Shown piece by piece: positions 35,095-45,057 of a stretch of 64,000 nt of DNA (within the stretch, counting starts at the first letter, position 1; every line of letters starts with the position of its first letter). Source of the DNA: a virus (lineage: Duplodnaviria; Caudoviricetes); the IMG/VR virus record IMGVR_UViG_2908446538_000001, positions 1 through 64,000 of that record. One strand, 5' to 3'. A program made the translations under genes and the position numbers. Below the pieces are notes generated by a model. The model ran no database searches. It saw only the letters and a program-made list of their open reading frames with translations, and had not been told where the DNA came from.

Positions 35095-35466
35095 ATGGCC
35101 ACCTTCTACGACGAAATGGCCGTGATGGCTCTGGAGATGATCACAGAGTTTGGCCAGCCCGTGACCATCAGCAAGACTGAGCCGGGCGAGTACGACCCGG
35201 AGACTGGCGGGGAAGCGCCTGGCGCAACAGTCGAGCAAACCGCCCAGGGCATCCTGCTCGACTTCACCGGCCAAGAATTTCAAACCAACAGCCTCATCCG
35301 GCAGGGCGACAAGAAGCTCAAGATCGCCGCGCAGGGTTTGGCTTGGGTACCCGGGCTGCTCGACAAGGTGGTCGCTCAGGGGCGCACCTGGTCAATTGTC
35401 CCGCCGCTGAAAGAGGTCAACCCGGCGGGCACGCCGATCCTGTATGAGTTGCAGGTGCGGTCATGA
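35095..35466 (+). CDS. Head closure / head-tail joining protein
   Basis: FGQPVTI, LIRQGDKK; position. Confidence 0.7.
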   Translation: MATFYDEMAVMALEMITEFGQPVTISKTEPGEYDPETGGEAPGATVEQTAQGILLDFTGQEFQTNSLIRQGDKKLKIAAQGLAWVPGLLDKVVAQGRTWSIVPPLKEVNPAGTPILYELQVRS

Positions 35467-36119
35467 CGAACAAATACGCGAGTATGAACGGCAGCTTTGC
35501 CGAGAACATCCGTGACTTCGCCGAACGGGCGAAAGACGGTATCGACGCAACCATTCGCGAGATTGTGATTGAGATCGGCAGCAGCGTTATCCTCAAGTCG
35601 CCAGTCGGCAATCCTGAAATCTGGGCAGCGAACGTCGTTCACCGACAGGCGAACAAGCGAGCCGCCGATGACTACGACTTCAAGGTTTCGGTGCGCAACA
35701 CGATCATCAACCTCAACGAATCGAACTTCACAAAGGCCGGCAAGCTGCGAAAGGGCGTGAAGTACGCCAAGCCCCTGACCAAGACCGAGCGCGACCAGAA
35801 CTTCAACGTGAACGGTTTGGTTGCAGGCAAGGGCTACGTCGGCGGGCGGTTTCGCGGGAACTGGCAGTTTTCGATTGATACGCCGGCCGAGGGAGTGCTT
35901 GACCAGATCGATGTCAGCGGTAACGTCAGCATCGCCGTGCTCAAGGCGCAGGTTCAATCCCTGACAGCAGGGCAAACGGCCTACATCGTGAATAACCTGC
36001 CCTACGGAATCCCGCTTGAGTATGGGCATAGCAAGCAAGCGCCTCACGGGATGATTCGGGTCACGTTGTCTCAGTTCCAGAAAACTGTCGATGACGCCAT
36101 CAGGAATAACCAAGTATGA
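35463..36119 (+). CDS. HK97 gp10-like neck protein
   Basis: GRFRGNW, NNLPYGIPLEYGHSKQAP.GM. Confidence 0.8.
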   Translation: MTNKYASMNGSFAENIRDFAERAKDGIDATIREIVIEIGSSVILKSPVGNPEIWAANVVHRQANKRAADDYDFKVSVRNTIINLNESNFTKAGKLRKGVKYAKPLTKTERDQNFNVNGLVAGKGYVGGRFRGNWQFSIDTPAEGVLDQIDVSGNVSIAVLKAQVQSLTAGQTAYIVNNLPYGIPLEYGHSKQAPHGMIRVTLSQFQKTVDDAIRNNQV

Positions 36120-36535
36120 GCCACGCCATCATCGCGTCGATCTACGAGGCCAAGTTGCTTGCCTGGAGCAAGGCGCGGGCAGAACCCATCAAGGTCGTGT
36201 TCGAAAACACTCAGTACGATCCGGCGGATGCCGAGACCTATCTGCGGGCGTTCATGCTCCCAGGCGACACCGCGAGCAGCACGCTCGCTGGCGACCACCG
36301 CGCTTTCATCGGCGTCTACCAAGTCAGCATTGTGGCTCCGGCGAACACCGGGAAGACAAAGACGAACCCACTGGTAGCTGAGCTGACCGCGCTGTTTCCG
36401 CTGTACGCGAGAGACACGAAGGCAGGCCTCACCGTCGTTACGATGTCGCCAGTTGACCCCGGCCCAGGCATCCCCGATCCACCCACATTTACCGTGTCGG
36501 TGTCGTTCGAATACCGAGCGGACATCGCCACCTGA
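36116..36535 (+). CDS. Tail terminator (DUF4128-like)
   Basis: FIGVYQVSIVAP; position before tail tube. Confidence 0.75.
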   Translation: MSHAIIASIYEAKLLAWSKARAEPIKVVFENTQYDPADAETYLRAFMLPGDTASSTLAGDHRAFIGVYQVSIVAPANTGKTKTNPLVAELTALFPLYARDTKAGLTVVTMSPVDPGPGIPDPPTFTVSVSFEYRADIAT

Positions 36536-36607
36536 ATAAGCCCGCTGGGCAAACCCCGAAACCCGCCTCTGTGCGGGTTTTGTCATTTATGAAAAGAGGA
36601 AACACCC

Positions 36608-37255
36608 ATGCAAATGCCCAACGGCGCCACCCTTGAGATCGCGTCAATCTACGGCACGCCGATCCCATTCACCGCCCTGACCAACGCCAATCCAGCCGTC
36701 GCAACGGCTGCGGCGCACGGTCTGGCCGAGGGCGACATCATTGCCGTGAATTCTGGCTGGACCCGCCTCGATGGTCGCGGCGTTCGAGTTGGGACTATTG
36801 CCAGCGGCACGTTCGCGCTGGAGAACATCAATACGACCAGCATCCAGCAGTATCCCGCGGGCTCGGGGATTGGTTCCGTTCGCGAGGTGACAGCCTTCAC
36901 CGAGATCTCGCAGATTACTGAGATGAATTCCAGTGGTGGTGATCAGCAGTTCCTGACCTTCGGCTTCCTGGCCGACGATGATGATCGCCAGATGCCGACC
37001 ACAAAAAACCCGATCACGCTGACCTTCACGGTCGCTGATGATCCTTCCAAGCCTTACGTGGCGGTGTGTGAAGCTGCTGACGACGACAAGCAGGCTCGTT
37101 TGCTTCGCCTGAACCTGCCGGGCGGCAGCAGCATCATCTACAACGGCTATGTGTCGATCACGTCGACCCCGACCATGTCCCGCAACAACCTGATGACCCG
37201 TGTGATCAGCCTGGCGCTGACCGGTCGCCCAGCCCGTTACGCGGCTGCGGTGTAA
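36608..37255 (+). CDS. Tail tube protein
   Basis: Position; lambda-type tube motifs. Confidence 0.8.
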   Translation: MQMPNGATLEIASIYGTPIPFTALTNANPAVATAAAHGLAEGDIIAVNSGWTRLDGRGVRVGTIASGTFALENINTTSIQQYPAGSGIGSVREVTAFTEISQITEMNSSGGDQQFLTFGFLADDDDRQMPTTKNPITLTFTVADDPSKPYVAVCEAADDDKQARLLRLNLPGGSSIIYNGYVSITSTPTMSRNNLMTRVISLALTGRPARYAAAV

Positions 37256-37258
37256 CCC

Positions 37259-37639
37259 ATGGCCAAGTTCAAGTTGATCCAGAAACCGACCTTCAAGGCA
37301 CCGGTGATGATCCAGCGCGCCGGCTACAACGCCGAAAAGGTGGAGTTCGAGTTTAAGTACTTGGACCGCACTGCGCTCGCCGAGCTGTACACCGGCTGGA
37401 ACGAGCGGCACGACGAACTGGGCAAGCAGGTCGGCGACATGGACCTTAAAGCTTTCACTGCCGCCCAGATCGCCCTGCAAGCCGACCAACTGCTGGATGT
37501 GGTTGTCGGCTGGGATATCGAAGAGGAATTCACGCCTGAAAACGTGCGCATCCTCGTTAATTCGATCAACTCGGCGCCGAAGGCAGTGTTGAACGCTTAC
37601 GCCGAAGCCTTCAGCGAAGCACGCCTGGGAAACTCCTAA
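37259..37639 (+). CDS. Tail assembly chaperone G
   Basis: QLLDVVVGWDIEEEFTPEN; slippery site at end. Confidence 0.8.
   Translation: MAKFKLIQKPTFKAPVMIQRAGYNAEKVEFEFKYLDRTALAELYTGWNERHDELGKQVGDMDLKAFTAAQIALQADQLLDVVVGWDIEEEFTPENVRILVNSINSAPKAVLNAYAEAFSEARLGNS
37627..37633 (+). promoter_or_regulatory. -1 programmed frameshift heptamer G GGA AAC
   Basis: Correct phase; -1 frame is open into the 37687-37965 ORF. Confidence 0.8.
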
Positions 37640-37686
37640 GCGCCTCCCGCGCGCTGTATGAGCCAGGGCCGTCAGATGCAGATCTG

Positions 37687-37965
37687 ATGGCCTTCGGTTT
37701 ATCGCGCCAGGACATCCCCGACAAGGAAGTCGGCATCTGGCCAGACAACTGGGACGCCTTCAAAGTCTTCGAGGCCATGAGTACCCAGTGGCGCACGGGC
37801 GCGTGCGGCGCAACAGGCATGGACTACAGCGTTCTCTCCGGTGTGATTCGGATGTGTGGCGTACCGATCAGCCAGCGACAAACCATTTTCAGCGACTTCC
37901 GGCGGATGGAGACCGAAGCCCTGCAGGTGATGGCGGAGCAGAGGGAAAGTGCGAGGGGAGCCTGA
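37687..37965 (+). CDS. Tail chaperone T segment (DUF1799-like), expressed as G-T fusion
   Basis: WPDNWDAFKVF..M.TQWR...GMDY motif; in frame with -1 shift. Confidence 0.8.
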   Translation: MAFGLSRQDIPDKEVGIWPDNWDAFKVFEAMSTQWRTGACGATGMDYSVLSGVIRMCGVPISQRQTIFSDFRRMETEALQVMAEQRESARGA

Positions 37966-38006
37966 TCCTCAGGCACAAAGACGCAAAACAACCAACATGA
38001 CGCGGC

Positions 38007-38231
38007 ATGGCCGCAGGAGTGGGTATGCAAAAGAGTGATCAGTTCAGCCCGGTAATCGCTTGGCGCTCAATGCTGGGGAGCAAGCCCAATCGCGAGCCAG
38101 TCGAAGTTGATGTCCAAGATGGGCGCGCCGAGTACTTGCTCAGCGGCCCGTATAATCTTTCTGAGGGCGGCAAAATCGAAGTTGTTGGTGGCAAGCTTCT
38201 TTTTACAGGCAGCAGAACGAAGATCAGTTGA
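38007..38231 (+). CDS. Small hypothetical protein
   Basis: 74 aa between T and immI-like block. Confidence 0.4.
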   Translation: MAAGVGMQKSDQFSPVIAWRSMLGSKPNREPVEVDVQDGRAEYLLSGPYNLSEGGKIEVVGGKLLFTGSRTKIS

Positions 38232-38478
38232 TGTGATGGAAGACCCTGGCGAACGTGCCGTCACCTGAGTAGTTCAGATCACCAGCCAAGATCAGCGCAT
38301 ACCCTGGCCCAACGTTTTTGAGTGATTCGGAGATAGTCTCAAAATCAAACTCCGACAAAAAGGTAATGACGCCACACCCCACTTCAAAACCTTTGTGGGC
38401 GAATAATTCCACTACAGGAATGTATTCATTTTTCGACGTGACGATGATGTAGGGGAAGATGGTTTGTGCTTCGCTCAC
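38224..38478 (-). CDS. Small hypothetical protein
   Basis: 84 aa, GGAGG RBS. Confidence 0.55.
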   Translation of the reverse strand: MSEAQTIFPYIIVTSKNEYIPVVELFAHKGFEVGCGVITFLSEFDFETISESLKNVGPGYALILAGDLNYSGDGTFARVFHHIN

Positions 38479-38558
38479 ATTGACCTCCAGGTCATAAACG
38501 CGCCGATATTGGCGCTATCCCAGTCCTTGGGCTTGCAGGCGTAGGACTGGGAAATCCT

Positions 38559-38942
38559 TTAATCGAGCATTTCCCGGCGCATCATGGCCTGGAACTTCTC
38601 CCGCTCGATTCTGCCGAGAGCCTCCGCCACTTCGAGTATCTGAGGGCCGAAACTGTCTTCATCTTCGGTGCCGGCGGCTGCCTTGGCTTTGCTCATGAGC
38701 AAATCGAGGGCGCGGCTGTGCTTGGCGCTTTCCATGCTGAGCCTGGCTATTTCCCTGTCCAGTTCATCAGCCTTTGCCACCTCAACCTCGTCAAGGGTTC
38801 GAGGGGAGAAGCTTTCCTCAAGGCGAGCTGTGATTTCAGCGTTGAGGCTGCGCTTGGTCTTTCGAGCAGACTCTTCAAGCTTCTCCCGGAGTGGTAGCGG
38901 CATCCGCAGCGGGTAGGCGGTTGGCTGAATCTTCTCGCTCAT
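38559..38942 (-). CDS. Arc/Mnt-family ribbon-helix-helix repressor
   Basis: YPLRMPLPLREKLEESARKTKRSLNAEITARLE. Confidence 0.85.
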   Translation of the reverse strand: MSEKIQPTAYPLRMPLPLREKLEESARKTKRSLNAEITARLEESFSPRTLDEVEVAKADELDREIARLSMESAKHSRALDLLMSKAKAAAGTEDEDSFGPQILEVAEALGRIEREKFQAMMRREMLD

Positions 38943-38978
38943 CTTTGTCCTAGGGGTGAAGGTGTATATGGAGTATGC

Positions 38979-39039
38979 AAATAGATTTGTTTTGAGATCA
39001 AAGAATCTATTTGACGCCACTGATATCTTGATATCTAAT
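38979..39039. promoter_or_regulatory. Divergent Arc/Mnt control region with promoter
   Basis: IR AAATAGATT...AATCTATTT; TTGACG-N17-TCTAAT on + strand. Confidence 0.6.
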
Positions 39040-39064
39040 AGATTCACACCACAAGGAGCCAGCC

Positions 39065-39241
39065 ATGGCAGCGAAGACACCAATCAGTCCATACCCACTG
39101 CGCCTGCGGCCGCACGTGAAAGAGGCTGCGAAAGCGCAGTCGGAGCTCTACCGACGCAGCCTGAATACCGAAATTGAAATGCTTATTGAGGAGGGGCTGA
39201 AATGGCGGGAGATGCAGCAGAGCAGGCAGGCGGTAGCCTGA
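39065..39241 (+). CDS. Arc-family RHH protein (58 aa, below ORF-track cutoff)
   Basis: MAAKTPISPYPLRLRPHVKEAAKAQSELYRRSLNTEIEMLIEEG; AAGGAG RBS. Confidence 0.8.
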   Translation: MAAKTPISPYPLRLRPHVKEAAKAQSELYRRSLNTEIEMLIEEGLKWREMQQSRQAVA

Positions 39242-39309
39242 AACGAAGAAGCCCCGGCGTGCAGGCCAGAGCTTCAGATAACGAAATCAACTTCGGAGAA
39301 GAAAACGTC

Positions 39310-40182
39310 ATGAGCGATATTAGCACAGCTGTATCCAATGTCATCCCCTTCAAGTTCGGCAAACAACAGGTCCGCACGCTGCTGATCGACGATCAACCTT
39401 GGTTCGTGGCCAACGATGTTTCTGCTGCGCTTCAGTACGGCGAAGCGTCGGCGATGACTCGCAATCTGGACGACGACGAAAAGGGTCTGTCTATTGTGCA
39501 GACCCTTGGCGGTGATCAGGAGATGCTGGTCATAAACGAATCCGGCCTTTACTCGGCGATCCTGCGCAGTCGCAAGGCCGAAGCCAAGCGCTTTAAGAAG
39601 TGGGTCACTGCTGAGGTTCTTCCGGCGATCCGCAAGCACGGTCGATATGAGGACCAGGGCAAGATGGCTACACTCATGGACGAGCTTATCGGCATGAGCG
39701 AGCTGAATGTCATCAAAGGCTTGATCCGCGACAAGTCTAAGGCTGTTTCAGCTGATCAGCGCCAAGGTTTTCAGCTGGTGATGCACAATCGCCTGCACAC
39801 CCGCTTCAATGTTCCACGCACTGAGCTGATCCCTGCTGACCAATTCGATCAAGCCTGCAACTTCATTGGCAGCTATGCACTTGAAGGCGAGTACCTGCCC
39901 AAGACAGAGCTGGTCAGCAATACGAATGCACTGTCGGACAAAGAGCTCTACAACGTATTTTTCCTGATGCACCACTTCTTGGCGCTGAAGAGGGTTTACG
40001 ACGAGTACCAGCTTTATAGCGCGCTCAGCATGCTCGGCTCTCAGGCTGGCGCTGACATGATTGACCACTTCCGCGACCCGATGGTGGCCGTTTCCACTCT
40101 GAAGCAACGACTCCCGGACATGGAGGCAGCAGCAGTTCGTATGGGGATGGAGCCTGGTTTTGTGATGAGGATGGCGGCATGA
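39310..40182 (+). CDS. BRO-N antirepressor
   Basis: PWFVANDV, INESGLYSAILRSRKAEAKRFKKWVTAEVLPAIRKHG. Confidence 0.88.
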   Translation: MSDISTAVSNVIPFKFGKQQVRTLLIDDQPWFVANDVSAALQYGEASAMTRNLDDDEKGLSIVQTLGGDQEMLVINESGLYSAILRSRKAEAKRFKKWVTAEVLPAIRKHGRYEDQGKMATLMDELIGMSELNVIKGLIRDKSKAVSADQRQGFQLVMHNRLHTRFNVPRTELIPADQFDQACNFIGSYALEGEYLPKTELVSNTNALSDKELYNVFFLMHHFLALKRVYDEYQLYSALSMLGSQAGADMIDHFRDPMVAVSTLKQRLPDMEAAAVRMGMEPGFVMRMAA

Positions 40183-40397
40183 ACTTCACACTCAAAGCTG
40201 GCGGTCGCGCTCTGATCCTTTCCCCGGAGCTGCCAAATCTGGTCGGCCGCTCTGGCCAGCTGATTCGCAAGGTCGACGAAAATTGGCTGATGCTGGTCGA
40301 GGGCAAGCGCTACTCGGTCAGCGAGAAAAGTCTGATGCCTCTGGACGGCTTCAATCCTGGCGCTCCAAGCGCAATGTGTGCGGAGGTGGCGGCATGA
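40179..40397 (+). CDS. Small hypothetical protein (SH3-like)
   Basis: 72 aa, coupled. Confidence 0.55.
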   Translation: MNFTLKAGGRALILSPELPNLVGRSGQLIRKVDENWLMLVEGKRYSVSEKSLMPLDGFNPGAPSAMCAEVAA

Positions 40398-40906
40398 ATA
40401 CAGGAATTATTCCGTTCCACTACGAGGGGCAGGCCGTCAGCTTCAATAGTGACGGCTGGATAAATGCCACTGAAGTGGCGGCGCGTTACGGGAAGAAGCC
40501 AATCAAGTGGCTAGAGCTGGCCAGCACGAAAAACTACATGGCGGCGCTTTCTCGGCACCTCGGGTTTGATGTCCGCAATTCGGACTTCAAAATGGTCGAG
40601 GCGTCCCGGGTTCGTGGTCGCGCCGGTACTTGGCTGCATCCAAAGCTTGCGGTTGCGTTTGCCCGATGGCTGGATGACGACTTTGCGGTCTGGGCTGACC
40701 TTCATATTGATGCGCTCCTGCGTGGCGAACTCAACGAAAAGCAACAATTTGACCGGGCATGCAAGGCCCTGAACGACGCTCAGAGCATTGCCAGCCTCAG
40801 CGGAAAAGAGCTTTCAAAGTTTCGGTGGAAAAAACCGAAGCTTGTGCACGACGTTGATTACTGGCGAGACCAATTGCAGCTCACGCTCGGCCTCGACGCC
40901 GCATAG
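40394..40906 (+). CDS. KilA-N domain protein
   Basis: GWINATEVA, GTWLHPKLAVAFARWL. Confidence 0.88.
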   Translation: MNTGIIPFHYEGQAVSFNSDGWINATEVAARYGKKPIKWLELASTKNYMAALSRHLGFDVRNSDFKMVEASRVRGRAGTWLHPKLAVAFARWLDDDFAVWADLHIDALLRGELNEKQQFDRACKALNDAQSIASLSGKELSKFRWKKPKLVHDVDYWRDQLQLTLGLDAA

Positions 40907-41001
40907 CCTCCCGCGAACCCGAAGAACCCCGCACATGCGGGGCTTTCGTGTTGCTCCCTTGTTGGTGATAAAGTCCCGCGATATCTCAACGAGGGAACGA
41001 T

Positions 41002-41490
41002 ATGAAAATGTTCGTGGGGGCTTTGGCGCTCGTAGCGCTGGCAGGGTGTGGTGACCAAGGGCCTTGGGATGGGCCTGTTGGCACTAAAATGGGGGTTACA
41101 ACTTCTCAGCTGGAGAAATATGTCGCCCTGTCAAAAGATGGGGGCGCCGATCCCCTGGGGCGAACGACCTACTTTTCTCCGCAAGCGCCAAAAAACGAGG
41201 CAGGCGCTGATAGGTATTCATATTTAATCGGTGGAAAATCTGGGTTGTGCGAGGTCGGCCAGTGGTTTCAGAGCATTAACTCTACAAACTCCGACGTTGC
41301 AAAGTCGCTTGCAGATAAGTACGGGGCGCCAAACAAGGAGGCTGCGCCAAGCTGGGGCGTGTCATGGACGGCTGGCGAACATAAGCTTGACCATGACCTT
41401 GAGTCCATCAGGATCAAGTTCAGCGGTGAAGAACCCCGTATCTCTGCCTATGTGAAATACACGTACAAGAACCTGAAAGACTGCAAATAA
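41002..41490 (+). CDS. Lipoprotein moron before tape measure gene
   Basis: Lipobox LAGC after hydrophobic signal; own terminator at 41507-41531. Confidence 0.75.
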   Translation: MKMFVGALALVALAGCGDQGPWDGPVGTKMGVTTSQLEKYVALSKDGGADPLGRTTYFSPQAPKNEAGADRYSYLIGGKSGLCEVGQWFQSINSTNSDVAKSLADKYGAPNKEAAPSWGVSWTAGEHKLDHDLESIRIKFSGEEPRISAYVKYTYKNLKDCK

Positions 41491-41547
41491 ATCTAATTCT
41501 GCAAAGAGCCCGCCTAGAGCGGGTTTTTTATTGCCCGGAGAAAACTG

Positions 41548-44500
41548 ATGAGCACGAACTTCGCCTCGCTGGGCATTTCTGTCGAGTCTTCGCAGGCTGC
41601 AAAGGCTGCTGACGATCTGGACAAGTTGGTTGATTCGGCAGTTGATGCCGAGAAGGCGATTGATGACCTTGGCAAAACTGGCGAAGGATTGGCCAATACC
41701 GGAAAGAAGATCACTCAGGCAGAAAATGAGGTAGCCCAGGGTGTCGAGAAGTCTACGGCCGCGATAGACCGCAAATCTGGTGCAAGCCGCAAAGCAGCCG
41801 ACAGCGCTGTGGCTGAGATCAACGTGATCGCCCAGCTTGATCGGGCCATGACCGGCAATATCACCAGTATGGAATCCCTGATGCAGGCTGAGGGCCTGCT
41901 TGAGCGCGCCAAGAAAGGCGGATTGGTCACGGCTGAGGAGCAGATCAAGTATCAGGAGCAGTTGGGCAAAGCGTTCGACAAAATAGAGAAGGCGGAAGCC
42001 AAGGAAACAGCCCAAAAGCAGCGCCTGATTGACGCAGAAAACCGACAGATTGAGGCGCTGAAACGCACCGTCAATGGAATTGACCCGGTAACCGCAAAGC
42101 TGGCAAAGCTTGAGGCGCAGGAGAAGGCAGCGCACGAAGCGTTCCGTGTTGGAGCAATTGATGTCGAGGCCTACAACGCCGCCCTGGCGAAGGTCGGAAA
42201 AGATCGAGCGGGCGTTACCGAAGTAGGCGGAGCCTTCGACAAGCTGAAGCTCGGCACTCGGCAAGCCCAAGAAAATGTCATGCAGCTCAGCAATGCCATT
42301 CAGTCGGGCGATTGGGGCAGTGGAGCGCGGGCAATTGCGCAGTTAGGCGCCGGCGCAGGCGAGTCGGCGGGGCGAATGATTTCCTTGGCTGCCCCTGTTG
42401 CTCTGGTGACTGCTGCCATCGGCACACTAGCAGCTGCCTACTTGCAGGGCGTTGATAGAGCAGAAAAATTCAACAACGCGCTTATTGTTAGTGGTGGGGC
42501 TGCGGGCAAGACAACTGCGCAGTTAACTGCAATGTCGCTAGCGCTTGGGAAGGGGGGCAACCTCACTCAGGCGTCAGAGGCTCTTCTCGCAGTCGCAAGT
42601 TCTGGAGAACTCACAGGCAGTACTTTTGATTCCGTTGCGCGCGCCGCCACCGAGCTTTCGGTGGCCACAGGGCGGAGCTCTGGGGAAATCGCCAAGCAGA
42701 TGGTCGGCAGTAAGGGGGACGTTGCTGCACTCGCAGCTGAGTACAACCGCCAATACCACTTCATGAGCAGCGAAACTTACTCGCACATCAAGGTTCTGCA
42801 GGAGCAGGGCGATGAAATGGGGGCGTTGGAGCTTCTCACTACTCAGCTTGCCGACTCAATGGCTAAACGGAACAAGGATATTGAGGACTCGGCTCGCGGT
42901 GTCGTCGGTGCGTGGCGCGATGCGAAGAAAGCGTTCAGTGACTACTGGGGGGAGTTTACGAGCCGTGCAGGCGCAGATAAGGATACGTTTACTCTGCAAG
43001 TTAAGCAGGGACAGCTCGAAGACGTTAAGGCCCTGCCTGAAAGCAATCTCCGAACAAAAGCAATTGCGAACCTTGAGCAAGAGATATCGCTCATCCAGCA
43101 GCGTATCGGCGCAAAGCAGAAAGACGCCGAGCAGGATGCCAAGACTGACGAAAAAACTCAGAAAGGCATTGATGCGGAGCGTGACCTTGAAGTTATTCGC
43201 AAGGCTGCCTACACAAACAAGCAAAAGCGAGACAAGGAAGAGGAAAAGTATCTTCAGAAGATCGCTGACCTGCGCGAGGCGAACCCAAAAAGCCCGCTGC
43301 TCGATCAGAAACTGATTGAGCGAGACCTGGACAATATCCGCAACAAGTACAAAGACCCGAAGGCAGCCTCAACCCAAGTCGATCTGACCAGCTTCAACAA
43401 CGCCAAGAACAACCTCTCCGATATAGTCAATGAATACCGGAACGCCCAGAAGGAACTGGAGGCCCAGCAGAAAGCCGGCGTGGTATCGCTCTCGGACTAT
43501 GCGAAGCAGCGTTCGGCACTGATCAATCAGGAAAAGGACGATGTCACCGCGGCGTACCAGGCCGAGATTGATGCACTGGAAGCGGCCAAGGCCAAGAAAG
43601 GCACGACGGCGGCCCAGAGCATCCAGCTCGACCAGAAGATCGCCGATGCTCGCACTGGAATGGTCAAAGCGCAAAAGGACGCCGACAGTCAACTGACGAT
43701 CATCGCCACAAGCGAGAAGGGCCGACTTGAGCAGCTGACGGCCGCCTCAGAGGCGTACGTCAACCAGTTGGAACGCCAGCGGGCCGCACTGGAAGCCGCT
43801 GGCTCCCGCGCAGCAAACGGGCTGGGCCTGGGAGACCGGCAAGCGGCACTGCAAGCGAGCCTCGACGCAACCACGGACAAGTTCAACGACGAGCGGGCCA
43901 AGCTGCTGGATCGCCGCAAGACCGCGCCTGACAAGTACAGCCAGGAAGACTACATGCGCGACCTGGCCAGTCTTGAGGATGCGGAAAGGAAGTACCGCGA
44001 CACTGTGGTCGACAACTACGACAAGATGTCGGAGGCCCAGGGTGATTGGCGTAGCGGGGCCTCATCGGCTTTCCAGAACTATCTGCAGTCTGCCAACGAT
44101 GTGGCTGGCCAGACCAAGAGCCTGTTCACGAATGCTTTTTCCAGCATGGAAGACGCGGTCGCGAATTTTGCTGTAACCGGCAAATTGTCGTTCTCCGATT
44201 TCACCAAATCGATCATCGCCGATATGGCGCGGATCGCGACTCGACAAGCTGCCTCTGGTTTGCTTTCGAGCATCGCCGGAAGTGCGCTTGGGGCGTACTT
44301 CGGTGGCGGTGCGGGTGCTGGCGCTACCAGCTTCGGGTCAGACATTGGTGGTGCAATCACTGCCAATGCCAAGGGCGGTGTGTACGACTCGCCAAGCTTG
44401 TCCAGCTTCAGCAACCAGGTGCACGACAAGCCGCAGATGTTCGCCTTCGCGAAGGGCGCGGGCATCTTCGCCGAAGCCGGGCCGGAGGCGATCATGCCGC

Positions 44501-44766
44501 TGACCAGGACGGCTGGCGGTGAGCTTGGGGTGCGGGCGCTGGGTGGCGGTGGGGGCGGGGCGGGCGGCGGGAATACCGACTCCAAGATGGAGGTCACCAT
44601 CAACATCAATCGAGATGGATCTGGCGATGCGACTGCAGATACAGCAATGGGCCAGAAGCTGGCCCCTCAGTTCCTCGCCATGATCCGAGGTGAGATCGCA
44701 GCGAATGAACGCAGAACGTTGAGCCCCAGCGGGGGCGCAACGTGGAGAGCAATCAACGGGAGATAA
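41548..44766 (+). CDS. Tail tape measure protein
   Basis: 1072 aa helical; lambda-type C-terminal motifs (ANAKGG, AGPEAIMPL). Confidence 0.93.
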   Translation: MSTNFASLGISVESSQAAKAADDLDKLVDSAVDAEKAIDDLGKTGEGLANTGKKITQAENEVAQGVEKSTAAIDRKSGASRKAADSAVAEINVIAQLDRAMTGNITSMESLMQAEGLLERAKKGGLVTAEEQIKYQEQLGKAFDKIEKAEAKETAQKQRLIDAENRQIEALKRTVNGIDPVTAKLAKLEAQEKAAHEAFRVGAIDVEAYNAALAKVGKDRAGVTEVGGAFDKLKLGTRQAQENVMQLSNAIQSGDWGSGARAIAQLGAGAGESAGRMISLAAPVALVTAAIGTLAAAYLQGVDRAEKFNNALIVSGGAAGKTTAQLTAMSLALGKGGNLTQASEALLAVASSGELTGSTFDSVARAATELSVATGRSSGEIAKQMVGSKGDVAALAAEYNRQYHFMSSETYSHIKVLQEQGDEMGALELLTTQLADSMAKRNKDIEDSARGVVGAWRDAKKAFSDYWGEFTSRAGADKDTFTLQVKQGQLEDVKALPESNLRTKAIANLEQEISLIQQRIGAKQKDAEQDAKTDEKTQKGIDAERDLEVIRKAAYTNKQKRDKEEEKYLQKIADLREANPKSPLLDQKLIERDLDNIRNKYKDPKAASTQVDLTSFNNAKNNLSDIVNEYRNAQKELEAQQKAGVVSLSDYAKQRSALINQEKDDVTAAYQAEIDALEAAKAKKGTTAAQSIQLDQKIADARTGMVKAQKDADSQLTIIATSEKGRLEQLTAASEAYVNQLERQRAALEAAGSRAANGLGLGDRQAALQASLDATTDKFNDERAKLLDRRKTAPDKYSQEDYMRDLASLEDAERKYRDTVVDNYDKMSEAQGDWRSGASSAFQNYLQSANDVAGQTKSLFTNAFSSMEDAVANFAVTGKLSFSDFTKSIIADMARIATRQAASGLLSSIAGSALGAYFGGGAGAGATSFGSDIGGAITANAKGGVYDSPSLSSFSNQVHDKPQMFAFAKGAGIFAEAGPEAIMPLTRTAGGELGVRALGGGGGGAGGGNTDSKMEVTININRDGSGDATADTAMGQKLAPQFLAMIRGEIAANERRTLSPSGGATWRAINGR

Positions 44767-44786
44767 GAAGCGGAAATGATTCGCCG

Positions 44787-45008
44787 TTAAATTTCGGTCA
44801 GGGATGACCGGACCTTATCAATCACAAGTTGCTCAAGCTGGCGATAGGTCAAATCTTTGGCGCCTTCATGCTCGAAAGTCACCCCGAAAGTGCCACCGGC
44901 CTGCCCCTCTGCCATCTCCAGCGAAATTTGTACCTTCCCGCCGATGCTGGTTTTCCCTGCGTCCGGGGTGTCTTCGTAGACGCTTACTTCTGCCAGTTTC
45001 ATTTTCAT
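44787..45008 (-). CDS. Small moron, opposite strand
   Basis: 73 aa MKMKLAEV... between TMP and M. Confidence 0.5.
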   Translation of the reverse strand: MKMKLAEVSVYEDTPDAGKTSIGGKVQISLEMAEGQAGGTFGVTFEHEGAKDLTYRQLEQLVIDKVRSSLTEI

Positions 45009-45057
45009 GTAATTACCCATTTCCTTGGTCAAAAAAACATTCTACCCCGGAGCCATC

